This document shows, piece by piece, positions 1 through 9,093 of a stretch of DNA of 34,930 bases. The position numbers and the translations under genes were made by a program. This stretch comes from an uncultured Methylotenera sp. (GTDB lineage: Bacteria; Pseudomonadota; Gammaproteobacteria; Burkholderiales; Methylophilaceae). Where the stretch lies: NCBI GenBank assembly GCA_964464725.1, contig CAYXHH010000002.1:12310-47239 (forward strand), read 5' to 3'. The notes below the pieces were generated by a model that was not told where the DNA came from, ran no database searches, and saw only the letters and a list, made by a program, of their open reading frames with translations. Position 1 is the stretch's first letter, and each line of letters begins with the position of its first letter.

Positions 1-1500
1 GCAAAAGCAATTCAAGCGGAGGCAGACAAACGTGGTATCAAAATCGAGTTAGTTCGCAACGGTTCGCGCGGTTTATTTTGGCTAGAGCCATTTGTAGAAG
101 TGGCAACAGACAAAGGTCGCGTGGCTTACGCGCCAGTAGAGCCAAAAGATGTGCCGAGTTTATTTGATGCCGATTTTTTAAGTGGTGGCAATCATCCTTT
201 AAATCTCGGATTAACCGAAGAGTTAACTTGGTTGAAAAAACAACAGCGTCTTACCTTTGCGCGCGTTGGTATTACTGACCCTGTTTCTTTAGATGATTAC
301 ATCGCACACGACGGTTACAAAGGCCTGAAAAATGCGCTTAAAATGTCAGGCGCAGAAATCGTTAAGACCGTCACAGATTCTGGTTTGCGCGGTCGCGGTG
401 GTGCGGCCTTTCCTACAGGCATTAAATGGAACACTGTACTTAACGCGCCTGCAGACCAAAAATATGTAGTATGTAATGCCGATGAAGGCGATTCTGGCAC
501 CTATTCTGACCGCATGGTGATGGAAGATGACCCGTTTGTGTTGATTGAAGGCATGACCATTGCGGCTATTGCCGTTGGTGCAACACAAGGCTATATTTAT
601 TTGCGTAGTGAGTACCCACATGCGCAGAAATCATTAAATGAAGCCATTTCTAAGGCAGAGGCAGCTGGTTATTTAGGTGAAAAAATTTGTGGTACCAACC
701 ATACATTTAAGCTTGAAGTACGCCGCGCTGCGGGCGCTTATGTGTGCGGTGAAGAAACTTCGTTATTGGAAAGCTTAGAAGGTAAGCGTGGCTTGGTACG
801 GTTTAAGCCACCATTGCCCGCGATTGAAGGCTTGTTTGGGAAACCAACCATCGTCAACAATGTCATATCTTTAGCCACTGTGCCGATTATTTTAGACAAA
901 GGTGCGCAGTTTTATGCGGATTACGGCATGGGTCGTTCACGCGGCACCTTGCCGATTCAATTGGCAGGTAATATTAAGCAAGGTGGCCTTGTGGAATTGG
1001 CGTTTGGCGCGACCTTGCGTGAATTATTGTATGACTTTGGTGGTGGTTCTGCGACAGGTAAGCCAATTCGTGCAGTGCAAGTCGGTGGTCCACTAGGTGC
1101 GTTTTTACCAGAAAGCCAATTTGATACACCTTTGGATTATGAAGAGTTTAGTAAAATATGGGCAGTCTTAGGACATGGTGGTATCGTAGCATTTGATGAT
1201 ACGGTGGATATGGCTAAAATGGCGCGTTATGCCTTTGAGTTTTGCGCGATTGAAAGTTGCGGTAAATGTACGCCTTGCCGCATTGGCTCAACGCGAGGCG
1301 CAGAAGTGGTTGATAAAATTACAGCTGGAAAAGATCATGCAAAAAATATTCAAGTTTTACGTGATTTGTCCGATACTATGTTGAATGGGTCATTGTGCGC
1401 TTTGGGTGGTATGACGCCATACCCAGTGTTAAGTGCACTGAATCACTTTGCCGAGGATTTTGAACCAAGAGATTTTGGCGTTAAAAAAGCAGCTGTTTAG
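1..1500 (+). CDS. fdsB: NAD-dependent formate dehydrogenase beta (FMN/NADH-binding, NuoF-like) subunit, 5'-truncated by the window edge
   Basis: Frame is open from base 1 (AKAIQAEADKRGIKIELVRNGSRGLFWLEP...). NuoF-family motifs GLRGRGGAAFPTG, CNADEGD, GAYVCGEETSL and ESCGKCTPCRIG...C. Lies directly upstream of the FDH alpha subunit. Confidence 0.95.
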   Translation, partial: AKAIQAEADKRGIKIELVRNGSRGLFWLEPFVEVATDKGRVAYAPVEPKDVPSLFDADFLSGGNHPLNLGLTEELTWLKKQQRLTFARVGITDPVSLDDYIAHDGYKGLKNALKMSGAEIVKTVTDSGLRGRGGAAFPTGIKWNTVLNAPADQKYVVCNADEGDSGTYSDRMVMEDDPFVLIEGMTIAAIAVGATQGYIYLRSEYPHAQKSLNEAISKAEAAGYLGEKICGTNHTFKLEVRRAAGAYVCGEETSLLESLEGKRGLVRFKPPLPAIEGLFGKPTIVNNVISLATVPIILDKGAQFYADYGMGRSRGTLPIQLAGNIKQGGLVELAFGATLRELLYDFGGGSATGKPIRAVQVGGPLGAFLPESQFDTPLDYEEFSKIWAVLGHGGIVAFDDTVDMAKMARYAFEFCAIESCGKCTPCRIGSTRGAEVVDKITAGKDHAKNIQVLRDLSDTMLNGSLCALGGMTPYPVLSALNHFAEDFEPRDFGVKKAAV

Positions 1501-1519
1501 GCGACTTAAGGAAATTGCA

Positions 1520-4450
1520 ATGGATGACATTAAATACACCAAATCGAACTATGTAGCGCCAAAGTTTGTGCCTAAGCCAGACTTTGGTACACCAAAAAAA
1601 GTCAGCGAGAAACAAGTTACGCTTAATATCGATGGCGTGGACATTAGTGTGCCAGAAGGCACCTCAATTATGCATGCGGCGCAATTAAGTGGTGTGAGCG
1701 TACCAAAGTTATGTGCGACTGATTCACTTGAGCCGTTTGGTTCTTGCCGCTTATGCTTGGTAGAGATTGAAGGTCGCCGCGGTTATCCGGCTAGCTGTAC
1801 TACACCTGTCGCAGAAGGCATCAAAGTTAAAACCCAAACGCCAAAATTGGCTGATGTACGCCGTGGTGTGATGGAGCTGTATATTTCTGACCATCCTTTA
1901 GATTGTTTGACCTGTGCCGCCAATGGTGATTGCGAATTACAAGACATGGCAGGCGCTGTGGGCTTGCGTGAAGTGCGTTACGGTTATGAAGGTGAAAATC
2001 ACCTCAAACAAGAAAAAGATGAATCTAACCCTTATTTCACCTTTGACCCTAGCAAATGTATTGTATGTTCACGTTGCGTGCGCGCCTGTGAAGAAACACA
2101 AGGTACTTTTGCGCTGACGATTGAAGGCCGTGGCTTTGGTAGCAAAGTGTCTGCGGGCGGTGTGGATTTTATGGATTCAGAGTGTGTTTCTTGTGGCGCT
2201 TGCGTGCAGGCTTGCCCAACCGCAACTTTGATGGAAAAAACCGTTATCGAAGCAGGTACGCCAGAGCATGCCGTCACCACGACTTGCGCCTATTGTGGTG
2301 TGGGATGTAGCTTTAACGCTGAAATGAAAGGCGAAGAAGTCGTCCGCATGACCCCCAATAAAGATGGTGGAGCAAATCATGGACACTCTTGCGTTAAGGG
2401 TAGATTTGCTTGGGGTTATGCCACACATAAAGACCGTATTACTACACCCATGATACGCAAAAATATTTCCGACCCATGGCAAGAAGTGAGTTGGGAAGAG
2501 GCGATTAACTATGCGGCAAGTGAGATTAAACGTATCGAAGCAAAATACGGCAAAGATGCCATGGGTGGCATTACTTCAAGCCGTTGTACCAATGAAGAAG
2601 TTTATGTGACACAAAAATTGATTCGCGCCGTATTTGGTACCAATAATGTCGATACTTGCGCACGTGTCTGTCACAGCCCAACCGGTTATGGCCTAAAACA
2701 AACTTTAGGCGAGTCTGCAGGTACGCAAACCTTTGATTCTGTAATGAAATCTGACGTGATTATGGTGATTGGTGCTAATCCAACTGATGGTCACCCAGTG
2801 TTTGCATCACAAATGAAACGTCGCTTACGCGAAGGTGCAAAATTGATAGTCGCTGACCCGCGTGAAATTGATTTGGTTGCCAACTCTGTGCATATTCGTG
2901 CGGATTATCATTTGAACTTACGTCCAGGCACTAATGTGGCGTTGATATCTGCGCTTGCGCATGTAGTGGTCACCGAAGGCTTAGTCAAAGAAGACTTTGT
3001 ACGCGAGCGTTGCGAGTGGGATAGTTTTGTGGCTTGGCGAGACTTTGTCGCAAAACCAGAAAACTCACCAGAAAGTTTGGCAAAAGATTTAGGTGTAGAC
3101 CCACAAAAAATACGTGAGGCAGCAAGACTGTTTGCAACAGGCGGCAATAGTTCTATTTACTATGGCTTAGGTGTGACTGAGCATAGTCAGGGCTCAACCA
3201 TGGTGATGGGTATTGCAAACTTAGCCATGGCAACGGGTAATGTGGGCCGTGAAGGTGTGGGAGTTAACCCATTACGCGGTCAAAATAACGTCCAAGGCTC
3301 ATGTGATATGGGCTCAATGCCGCACGAGTTTCCAGGTTATCGCCATGTGTCAGATGACGCTACACGCGCCTTATTTGAAACAGCTTGGGGTAGACCACTG
3401 AGCAACGAGCCCGGCTTACGTATTCCTAACATGCTTGACCTTGCTGGCGAAGGTAGATTTAAGGCGCTATATTGCGTGGGTGAAGATATTGCGCAATCAG
3501 ACCCTAATACACAACATGTGACACACGCCTTGGAAAGTATGGAATGTGTGATTGTGCAAGATCTATTCTTAAACGAGACAGCGATGTATGCGCATGTGTT
3601 CTTCCCTGGGGCTTCATTCTTAGAGAAAAGTGGTACGTTTACTAACGCTGAAAGAAGAATTTCGCCAGTGCGCCGTGTGATGGCACCTAAAAATGGTACT
3701 AATATTAACGGTAAAAAAGAAGCTGGTATGGAAGATTGGGAAATCACCGCTAAATTAGCCCAAGCTTTAGGTTACCCAATGCACTACAGTCATGCATCCG
3801 AAATCATGGACGAAATTGCCGCTTTAACCCCAACGTTTAAAGGTGTGAGCTTTAAAAAATTAGATGAACTTGGCAGTATTCAATGGCCATGCGATGATGA
3901 AAATCCAACTGGCACACCTACCATGCACATTGATGAATTTGTGCGCGGCAAAGGCAAGTTCTTTATTACGCAATATGTGCCCACCACTGAAAAAGTGAAT
4001 GCAAAATATCCACTGATTTTAACTACAGGTCGAATTTTGAGCCAATACAATGTGGGTGCTCAAACGCGCCGTACAAAAAATGTGGAATGGCATGCAGAAG
4101 ATGTGGTGGAAATTCACCCACATGATGCAGCTGAGCGCGGCATTGCGGAAGGTGATTGGATTGGCATTACCAGTCGCGCGGGTGAAACTGTGCTTAGGGC
4201 AACCTTGACTGAGCGCGTGCAACCAGGCGTAATTTACACCACCTTCCATCACCCCGAATCTGGTGCGAATGTGATTACTACTGATAATAGTGACTGGGCA
4301 ACCAATTGTCCTGAGTTTAAAGTGACGGCGGTACAAGTAACACGCGTAAATCAGTTATCTGATTGGCAAAAACACTACAAAACATTTAGTGATGCGCAAA
4401 TTGCGTTTGCAAGTAGCCAATTGAGTAAGAAAACGCAGCAACCTGCTTAA
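1520..4450 (+). CDS. fdsA: NAD-dependent formate dehydrogenase alpha subunit (molybdopterin, Cys-ligated)
   Basis: N-terminal 2Fe-2S and 4Fe-4S motifs (CRLC, HPLDCLTC, CIVCSRC, CVSCGAC, CAYCGVGC), active-site CARVCHSPT, PLRGQNNVQG and a C-terminal molybdopterin dinucleotide domain. Start placed at ATG 1520 after SD AAGGA (1508-1512). Confidence 0.95.
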   Translation: MDDIKYTKSNYVAPKFVPKPDFGTPKKVSEKQVTLNIDGVDISVPEGTSIMHAAQLSGVSVPKLCATDSLEPFGSCRLCLVEIEGRRGYPASCTTPVAEGIKVKTQTPKLADVRRGVMELYISDHPLDCLTCAANGDCELQDMAGAVGLREVRYGYEGENHLKQEKDESNPYFTFDPSKCIVCSRCVRACEETQGTFALTIEGRGFGSKVSAGGVDFMDSECVSCGACVQACPTATLMEKTVIEAGTPEHAVTTTCAYCGVGCSFNAEMKGEEVVRMTPNKDGGANHGHSCVKGRFAWGYATHKDRITTPMIRKNISDPWQEVSWEEAINYAASEIKRIEAKYGKDAMGGITSSRCTNEEVYVTQKLIRAVFGTNNVDTCARVCHSPTGYGLKQTLGESAGTQTFDSVMKSDVIMVIGANPTDGHPVFASQMKRRLREGAKLIVADPREIDLVANSVHIRADYHLNLRPGTNVALISALAHVVVTEGLVKEDFVRERCEWDSFVAWRDFVAKPENSPESLAKDLGVDPQKIREAARLFATGGNSSIYYGLGVTEHSQGSTMVMGIANLAMATGNVGREGVGVNPLRGQNNVQGSCDMGSMPHEFPGYRHVSDDATRALFETAWGRPLSNEPGLRIPNMLDLAGEGRFKALYCVGEDIAQSDPNTQHVTHALESMECVIVQDLFLNETAMYAHVFFPGASFLEKSGTFTNAERRISPVRRVMAPKNGTNINGKKEAGMEDWEITAKLAQALGYPMHYSHASEIMDEIAALTPTFKGVSFKKLDELGSIQWPCDDENPTGTPTMHIDEFVRGKGKFFITQYVPTTEKVNAKYPLILTTGRILSQYNVGAQTRRTKNVEWHAEDVVEIHPHDAAERGIAEGDWIGITSRAGETVLRATLTERVQPGVIYTTFHHPESGANVITTDNSDWATNCPEFKVTAVQVTRVNQLSDWQKHYKTFSDAQIAFASSQLSKKTQQPA

Positions 4451-4482
4451 CTGACGCCACTAACCTTTGGTAAGTTTGCGCT

Positions 4483-5358
4483 TTGGCTGAAAAAAAACTG
4501 ATTGTCACTGAATCGCCTGTAAGCAATGTTAAGGTGACACGCTGGCGCAATGGCGGCCTCACTGATGCGAGTGATCAAGTAGCTGAAGAAGCACCGATTG
4601 CTTTGATTTATAACGGTGTTTCACATGCAGTCATGCTGGCTACGCCACAAGATTTAGAAGATTTTGCGCTTGGTTTTTCGTTAAGTGAAGGTATTTTGCA
4701 GGACAAATCTGAGCTTTACGATATTGAAATCGTGACGCAAGCCGATGGCATAGAACTGCGATTGGATATTGCAAGCGAACGCTTTGTTCAACTTAAAGAA
4801 AAGCGAAGAAACTTAGTCGGGCGAACGGGCTGTGGTTTGTGTGGGGCAGAAAGTTTAGCGCAAGCATTGCGTTTACCAGAGCCTGCACAAACAGCGCGAG
4901 AGAAAAAAGATGCTCTGCGAGGCAGTATCCATGTGGCTTCTGGCGCACCTATTGCGATAACAAGTATAGAACATGCATTTAGTAGCATGCAAAAGCAACA
5001 ATTATTGCAACAAGCAACAGGAGCGACGCATGCCTGTGCTTGGGTGAGTAAAGATGGCGAAGTGGTATTAGTACGTGAGGATGTGGGGCGACATAACGCG
5101 ATGGATAAGTTGATAGGCGCCTTGGCAAAAGTACCGCCCCAAGCAGATGGCTTTGTGCTGACTTCGAGTCGGGCGAGTTATGAAATGGTGCAAAAAGTAG
5201 CGCAGGCAGGTTTGCAAATACTGGTGGCAATTTCTGCACCTACTGGTCTGGCGATTCGCCTTGCAGAAACTTGTGGCGTGACTTTGGTGGGTTTTTTACG
5301 AGAGCAACAATGTGTGGTTTACACAGGGATTGATAGATTACTAATCCAGAAAGAATAA
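4483..5358 (+). CDS. fdhD: Formate dehydrogenase accessory sulfurtransferase FdhD/FdsC
   Basis: Motifs EEAP, TPQDLEDFALGF, CGLCG, EDVGRHNAMDK, SRASYEMVQK and SAPT. The TTG start has no clear SD, so the start is uncertain. Confidence 0.93.
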   Translation: MAEKKLIVTESPVSNVKVTRWRNGGLTDASDQVAEEAPIALIYNGVSHAVMLATPQDLEDFALGFSLSEGILQDKSELYDIEIVTQADGIELRLDIASERFVQLKEKRRNLVGRTGCGLCGAESLAQALRLPEPAQTAREKKDALRGSIHVASGAPIAITSIEHAFSSMQKQQLLQQATGATHACAWVSKDGEVVLVREDVGRHNAMDKLIGALAKVPPQADGFVLTSSRASYEMVQKVAQAGLQILVAISAPTGLAIRLAETCGVTLVGFLREQQCVVYTGIDRLLIQKE

Positions 5359-5372
5359 CTTTTTAATTTATT

Positions 5373-5591
5373 ATGAAAACTGAAACTTTAATCAAAATGG
5401 CCAACCAGATTGGCGATTTTTTTGAGGCTGAGCCAGATAAAGCGCAGGCACAAAAAGATATTGCGCAACACCTTAACCGATTTTGGACAAAAGACATGCG
5501 CAATCAAATTGCTAAGCATGTCAGCACTGCCCAAGGTGCAGGTTTGCATGCACTAGTGATACAAGCCATCTCTCAACATATTAATCCGTAG
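5373..5591 (+). CDS. fdsD: Formate dehydrogenase delta subunit
   Basis: 72 aa with LIKMANQIGDFF...HLNRFWTKDMR, the FdsD signature. Expected position in the fds operon. Confidence 0.9.
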   Translation: MKTETLIKMANQIGDFFEAEPDKAQAQKDIAQHLNRFWTKDMRNQIAKHVSTAQGAGLHALVIQAISQHINP

Positions 5592-5598
5592 TGTTTTC

Positions 5599-6357
5599 TT
5601 GACGGACTTTATTGTATTCATTCCTGATGCTTTAATACTTGTCCCGCTCATTTTTTTAGCGGCTTTACTGTTTTCATCGGTTGGTCACGGTGGTGCCTCA
5701 GCTTACTTGGCTGTCTTTGCGCTGTTTGGTATGGCGCCAGCATCTATGCGGCCTGCCGCCCTATGCTTGAATGTGCTGGTAGCATCCATTACGTTGTATA
5801 AGTTTTACAAAGTACGCGCTTTTGATTGGCAGTTATTTTGGCCGATTGCGCTCACCTCAGTACCCGCTGCTTTTTTGGGTGGGCAAATGACCTTACCCAA
5901 TCCAATTTACAAGACGTTAGTAGGATTTTGCTTACTGTATGCCGCTTACACCATATTCGCACAAGCCAACAAAGTGGATGATGTACAAGTAAAAGCAGTT
6001 ACCAAGCCATTACAATTGTTACTGGGGGCGGTATTAGGCTTTTTGGCAGGCTTAACAGGCGTGGGCGGCGGTATTTTTTTAAGCCCCATTTTATTATTTC
6101 TCTGCTGGGCCAAAACTAAAGTAATTTCTGGCGTGGCAGCGGCATTTATTTTAGTGAATTCTATTTCTGGTTTGTTGGGTTTTATTAGCAAATCGCCAAT
6201 CCTGCCAGATGGGCTTGCCTATTGGGCGCTTGCAGCTATTTTGGGCGGCTTAATTGGTGCGGAATACGGTAGCAAAAAATTGGCAAATCCGGTCATTAGA
6301 AAACTGTTAGCGCTCGTACTTGTATTTGCGGGTAGCAAAATGATTTTTTCAACTTAA
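5599..6357 (+). CDS. Sulfite exporter TauE/SafE (TSUP) family membrane protein
   Basis: About 8 hydrophobic segments with repeated Gly motifs SSVGHGGAS and GLTGVGGGIFLSP. Begins 7 bp after fdsD; TTG start uncertain. Confidence 0.85.
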   Translation: MTDFIVFIPDALILVPLIFLAALLFSSVGHGGASAYLAVFALFGMAPASMRPAALCLNVLVASITLYKFYKVRAFDWQLFWPIALTSVPAAFLGGQMTLPNPIYKTLVGFCLLYAAYTIFAQANKVDDVQVKAVTKPLQLLLGAVLGFLAGLTGVGGGIFLSPILLFLCWAKTKVISGVAAAFILVNSISGLLGFISKSPILPDGLAYWALAAILGGLIGAEYGSKKLANPVIRKLLALVLVFAGSKMIFST

Positions 6358-6360
6358 CCC

Positions 6361-8019
6361 CTAAATATGCTGAAAAAGTCTAAAGCTTTCTTTACGCTCA
6401 CTAATACGCTTGCCACTCCAAATGAGCTTCCAATCGCTACCAACAACTACTTTTTCGCGACCCTTTTCATCTTGCGTTAAATATAAGTCGCAATTAAGGC
6501 TTTGTTCAGATTCAAAATGCAAAGGTTTAATATCAGTATGGTAATGCAGCAAATCTATTTGCGATGGCCCTAGATTTTGACTTTTAAGGCATGAATATTT
6601 GTCGGGGACAGCCGCCTTTAAGCTAGAAAAAACTGCGCTATAGCTACGCGCAGAATCAATCAGCGGAAGCCAAAGTGTCATTAGTAATGTCCACACGCAG
6701 GTCATGCCAATCGCCCAATTGGTGGCGCTAGCACGGTTTGAATATTGTGTGCGGAACGTGGAGAATAACCATATCAGCGTCACAATGGCTGCAATGATAA
6801 TTGCAAACAGATTGAAGCTTAATTCCTGCATGCCAGACAAAAATGTCAGCCGTTCTTTTATTTTTGCAGGGCTGCCTGTCATCATTGCATACCAGCCTAA
6901 CCATATAAGCCCGCTCATTAAGCCGAATAAAATAAATCCGAACCAACTTAACGCACCTGCGGTACCTCGTTTAAGTGTCTCGATACTACCGCCAGCCATT
7001 GCTGTGAGTGGAATCAACATGGGTAAAGCGAGTACTTCTTTGCTATCACCAAACCCAATCACAATAAAGGCAACAGCAAAAAATGTAAGTATTAATTGAA
7101 ATCTATGTTTATTGTATAGTTGCGTTCTAAAGCGCCACAAACCCCAAACAGCCAAGGGTAGGGCAGGCCATGCATACCAAAGTAGCAACTGACAATAATA
7201 AGCATGTTCACTATTAAGACTGAAACTAGCCAAGGACATTTTTATCCATTCAGCAAATATCTCTGTATGTAGGTAATAGCACAACAATGCCCAGCCAAAT
7301 AAAAATGGACTGGCAATCAATAGTGCTAACATAATCACTTTGGTGTAACTGCTCGTCCGCCAAAAACTAAACAAGCAAGGTAAAGCAATAATCGTTAACA
7401 AAATAATGAACAGCGCATGCAGGCCTGTCGATAGCCCTGCCACTGCCATGCCAAGTCCTAGCAAAATGCTAGCGCGATAAGGTCGTCTTTTGGCAAGTGC
7501 AAGTGCATAGAAGCTTGTTGCTAAGCCTGTTAAAGATGAAACGGCAGGCATTAAGGTATGAGCGCTAAATACCAAGCCAATAGAGCCTATAAATACAAAC
7601 GTCGTCTGACGACCAAAGCCTATCCCCCATAATTCTCGGCCAGTCATGCCTATCATTAATAAAGTGATTACCATCCATAGGCCAGAGACAATGCGAGCTG
7701 CATCGTGTAGCGGTAAGAGTGGACTAAATAATTTGGCAAACGCAGCGGCACTTAAATAATACAAGGGAGGATTAGAAATTTGCGACGTACTTGTTGCGTG
7801 AGGCGCGACTAAATTCACCTCATCTAGAATATTCTTAATGACGCTAATGGAGTGCGCTTCAAATGGCTTCCACGGGGCATGACCAATCAAGCCCATACAC
7901 AACCAAATTGCACAAAGTACAATTAACAACTGGGTTTTGGCTTTCTCCCCTACTTTTGCGCGAGGAGTTGACATATTGCCCTGCCAGTCGTGCTCTAATT
8001 CAAAACGCATTTTTGCCAT
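6361..8019 (-). CDS. ArnT/PMT-like (GT-C fold) polytopic membrane glycosyltransferase
   Basis: 552 aa multi-TM protein with H-x-PWKP-x-E and NPPLYY in the first loop, a WYAWPALPLA motif and a soluble C-terminal tail. Start may be ATG 8010. Confidence 0.75.
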   Translation of the reverse strand: MAKMRFELEHDWQGNMSTPRAKVGEKAKTQLLIVLCAIWLCMGLIGHAPWKPFEAHSISVIKNILDEVNLVAPHATSTSQISNPPLYYLSAAAFAKLFSPLLPLHDAARIVSGLWMVITLLMIGMTGRELWGIGFGRQTTFVFIGSIGLVFSAHTLMPAVSSLTGLATSFYALALAKRRPYRASILLGLGMAVAGLSTGLHALFIILLTIIALPCLFSFWRTSSYTKVIMLALLIASPFLFGWALLCYYLHTEIFAEWIKMSLASFSLNSEHAYYCQLLLWYAWPALPLAVWGLWRFRTQLYNKHRFQLILTFFAVAFIVIGFGDSKEVLALPMLIPLTAMAGGSIETLKRGTAGALSWFGFILFGLMSGLIWLGWYAMMTGSPAKIKERLTFLSGMQELSFNLFAIIIAAIVTLIWLFSTFRTQYSNRASATNWAIGMTCVWTLLMTLWLPLIDSARSYSAVFSSLKAAVPDKYSCLKSQNLGPSQIDLLHYHTDIKPLHFESEQSLNCDLYLTQDEKGREKVVVGSDWKLIWSGKRISERKESFRLFQHI

Positions 8020-8076
8020 AATTTATATGATTAGTTTAGCATTGAGTTAAGTGCTGTGAGCATAATCCAAATGCCT

Positions 8077-8115
8077 ATAATAAAAAAAGGCAGCAAAGCT
8101 GCCTTTTTTTATTAT
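8077..8115. terminator. Intrinsic terminator after rpmE, symmetric and potentially bidirectional
   Basis: Perfect 18-bp inverted repeat ATAATAAAAAAAGGCAGC-AAA-GCTGCCTTTTTTTATTAT just past the rpmE stop. Confidence 0.88.
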
Positions 8116-8123
8116 CAATATCA

Positions 8124-8324
8124 TTACATGCCGTATTTTTGTTTGAATTTTTCAACACGACCAGCAGTGTCTAGAATTTTCTGTTTGCCAGTATAAAACG
8201 GGTGGCAAAGCGAACATACCTCGATGTTCATATCGCGACCATAAGTCGAGCGTGTTTTAAATTTGTTACCGCAACTACAAGTTACGTTAATTTCTGGGTA
8301 ATTTGGATGTGTTTCAGCTTTCAT
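8124..8324 (-). CDS. rpmE: 50S ribosomal protein L31, type A (zinc-binding)
   Basis: MKAETHPNY...CSC...[13 protein letters not shown]...GRVEKF, 66 aa, with all four Cys present. Confidence 0.97.
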   Translation of the reverse strand: MKAETHPNYPEINVTCSCGNKFKTRSTYGRDMNIEVCSLCHPFYTGKQKILDTAGRVEKFKQKYGM

Positions 8325-8356
8325 GCTTTTCTTTCTTTAATAAGCAGTTTCTGTAG

Positions 8357-8393
8357 AGCCGCGCATTATGTATTATTTTGGCGAATATTGCAA
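8357..8393 (-). promoter_or_regulatory. sigma70 promoter of rpmE with GC-rich discriminator
   Basis: Minus strand TTGCAA (8393-8388), 17 nt, CATAAT (8370-8365), then GCGCGGCT. This layout is typical of stringently controlled ribosomal promoters. Confidence 0.7.
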
Positions 8394-8527
8394 TGACTTA
8401 ACGTGTAAATGATACTAAATTCTTGAATTTTAATTCAATTAGTCACATAGTAAAGATTAAGCAATTAAAGACGTTAATAACATGGTACCAATGAATAAAC
8501 AAAAGAAAGTTAGAATGAGGAATCAAC

Positions 8528-8776
8528 ATGGAAGCCACGCCTAGAAATGCTTGCTTAGAAGCGTTTAATGTCTTGCAAACTGAGTTAAAAGAAACGCCTC
8601 CAGATGCGCAAAAAACCGCAGAAGATTGCCCATATTGGGTATTTGAGCGCGGGTATCGTGCGGCAGTGCAAGAATTAATGGATATTGCGGATACCGGTGT
8701 TCAAGTTAAAAAGTTTGTATCACCAAAACTACAAAGTCTTGCAGAAAGACTCATTTACACAACGGATTGCGTATAA
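8528..8776 (+). CDS. Hypothetical small protein, paralog A of tandem pair
   Basis: 82 aa with SD GAGG (8517-8520). Similarity to the next ORF at protein level despite synonymous differences supports coding status. Confidence 0.85.
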   Translation: MEATPRNACLEAFNVLQTELKETPPDAQKTAEDCPYWVFERGYRAAVQELMDIADTGVQVKKFVSPKLQSLAERLIYTTDCV

Positions 8777-8816
8777 TCATTAGGGTAAAATTCCGAACCC
8801 AATGTGAGGTGATTAG

Positions 8817-9041
8817 ATGAATTTTAATGATGATAGTGCAGCAATGGATGCATTTAAAGTATTGTGTGACGAATTAGAGCGCTCGGATTTAATGAATACA
8901 GATGAGTGCCAATATTGGGTATTTGAACGCGGTTATCGTTCTGCAATACAAAATTTAATCGAGATTATGGAAACAGGCGTGCAACAAAAGAAATTTGGTT
9001 CACCTAAGTTGCAAGCGCTTGCCGATAAGTTATTGAGCTAA
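8817..9041 (+). CDS. Hypothetical small protein, paralog B of tandem pair
   Basis: 74 aa with SD GAGGTG (8806-8811). Shares CxYWVFERGYRxA...TGVQxKKFxSPKLQxLA with paralog A. Confidence 0.85.
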   Translation: MNFNDDSAAMDAFKVLCDELERSDLMNTDECQYWVFERGYRSAIQNLIEIMETGVQQKKFGSPKLQALADKLLS

Positions 9042-9056
9042 AAATTAGCTCAATAA
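9030..9056. terminator. Hairpin at the convergent junction of paralog B and rho (possible terminator)
   Basis: Perfect 12-bp inverted repeat TTATTGAGCTAA-AAA-TTAGCTCAATAA overlapping the paralog B stop. A second weak stem AGTATTG/CAATACT lies at 9065-9085. No strong U tract. Confidence 0.5.
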
Positions 9057-9093
9057 ATGGGTTAAGTATTGTTTTTAGCAATACTATTAAAGG

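Noticed and set aside
1448..1519. ORF-track N-terminal extension of fdsA (1000 aa)
   Set aside because: It overlaps the fdsB 3' end and starts at TTG, whereas ATG 1520 has a good SD.
2650..2690. Possible selenocysteine recoding in formate dehydrogenase
   Set aside because: The active-site residue in CARVCH is a TGT Cys and there is no in-frame TGA.
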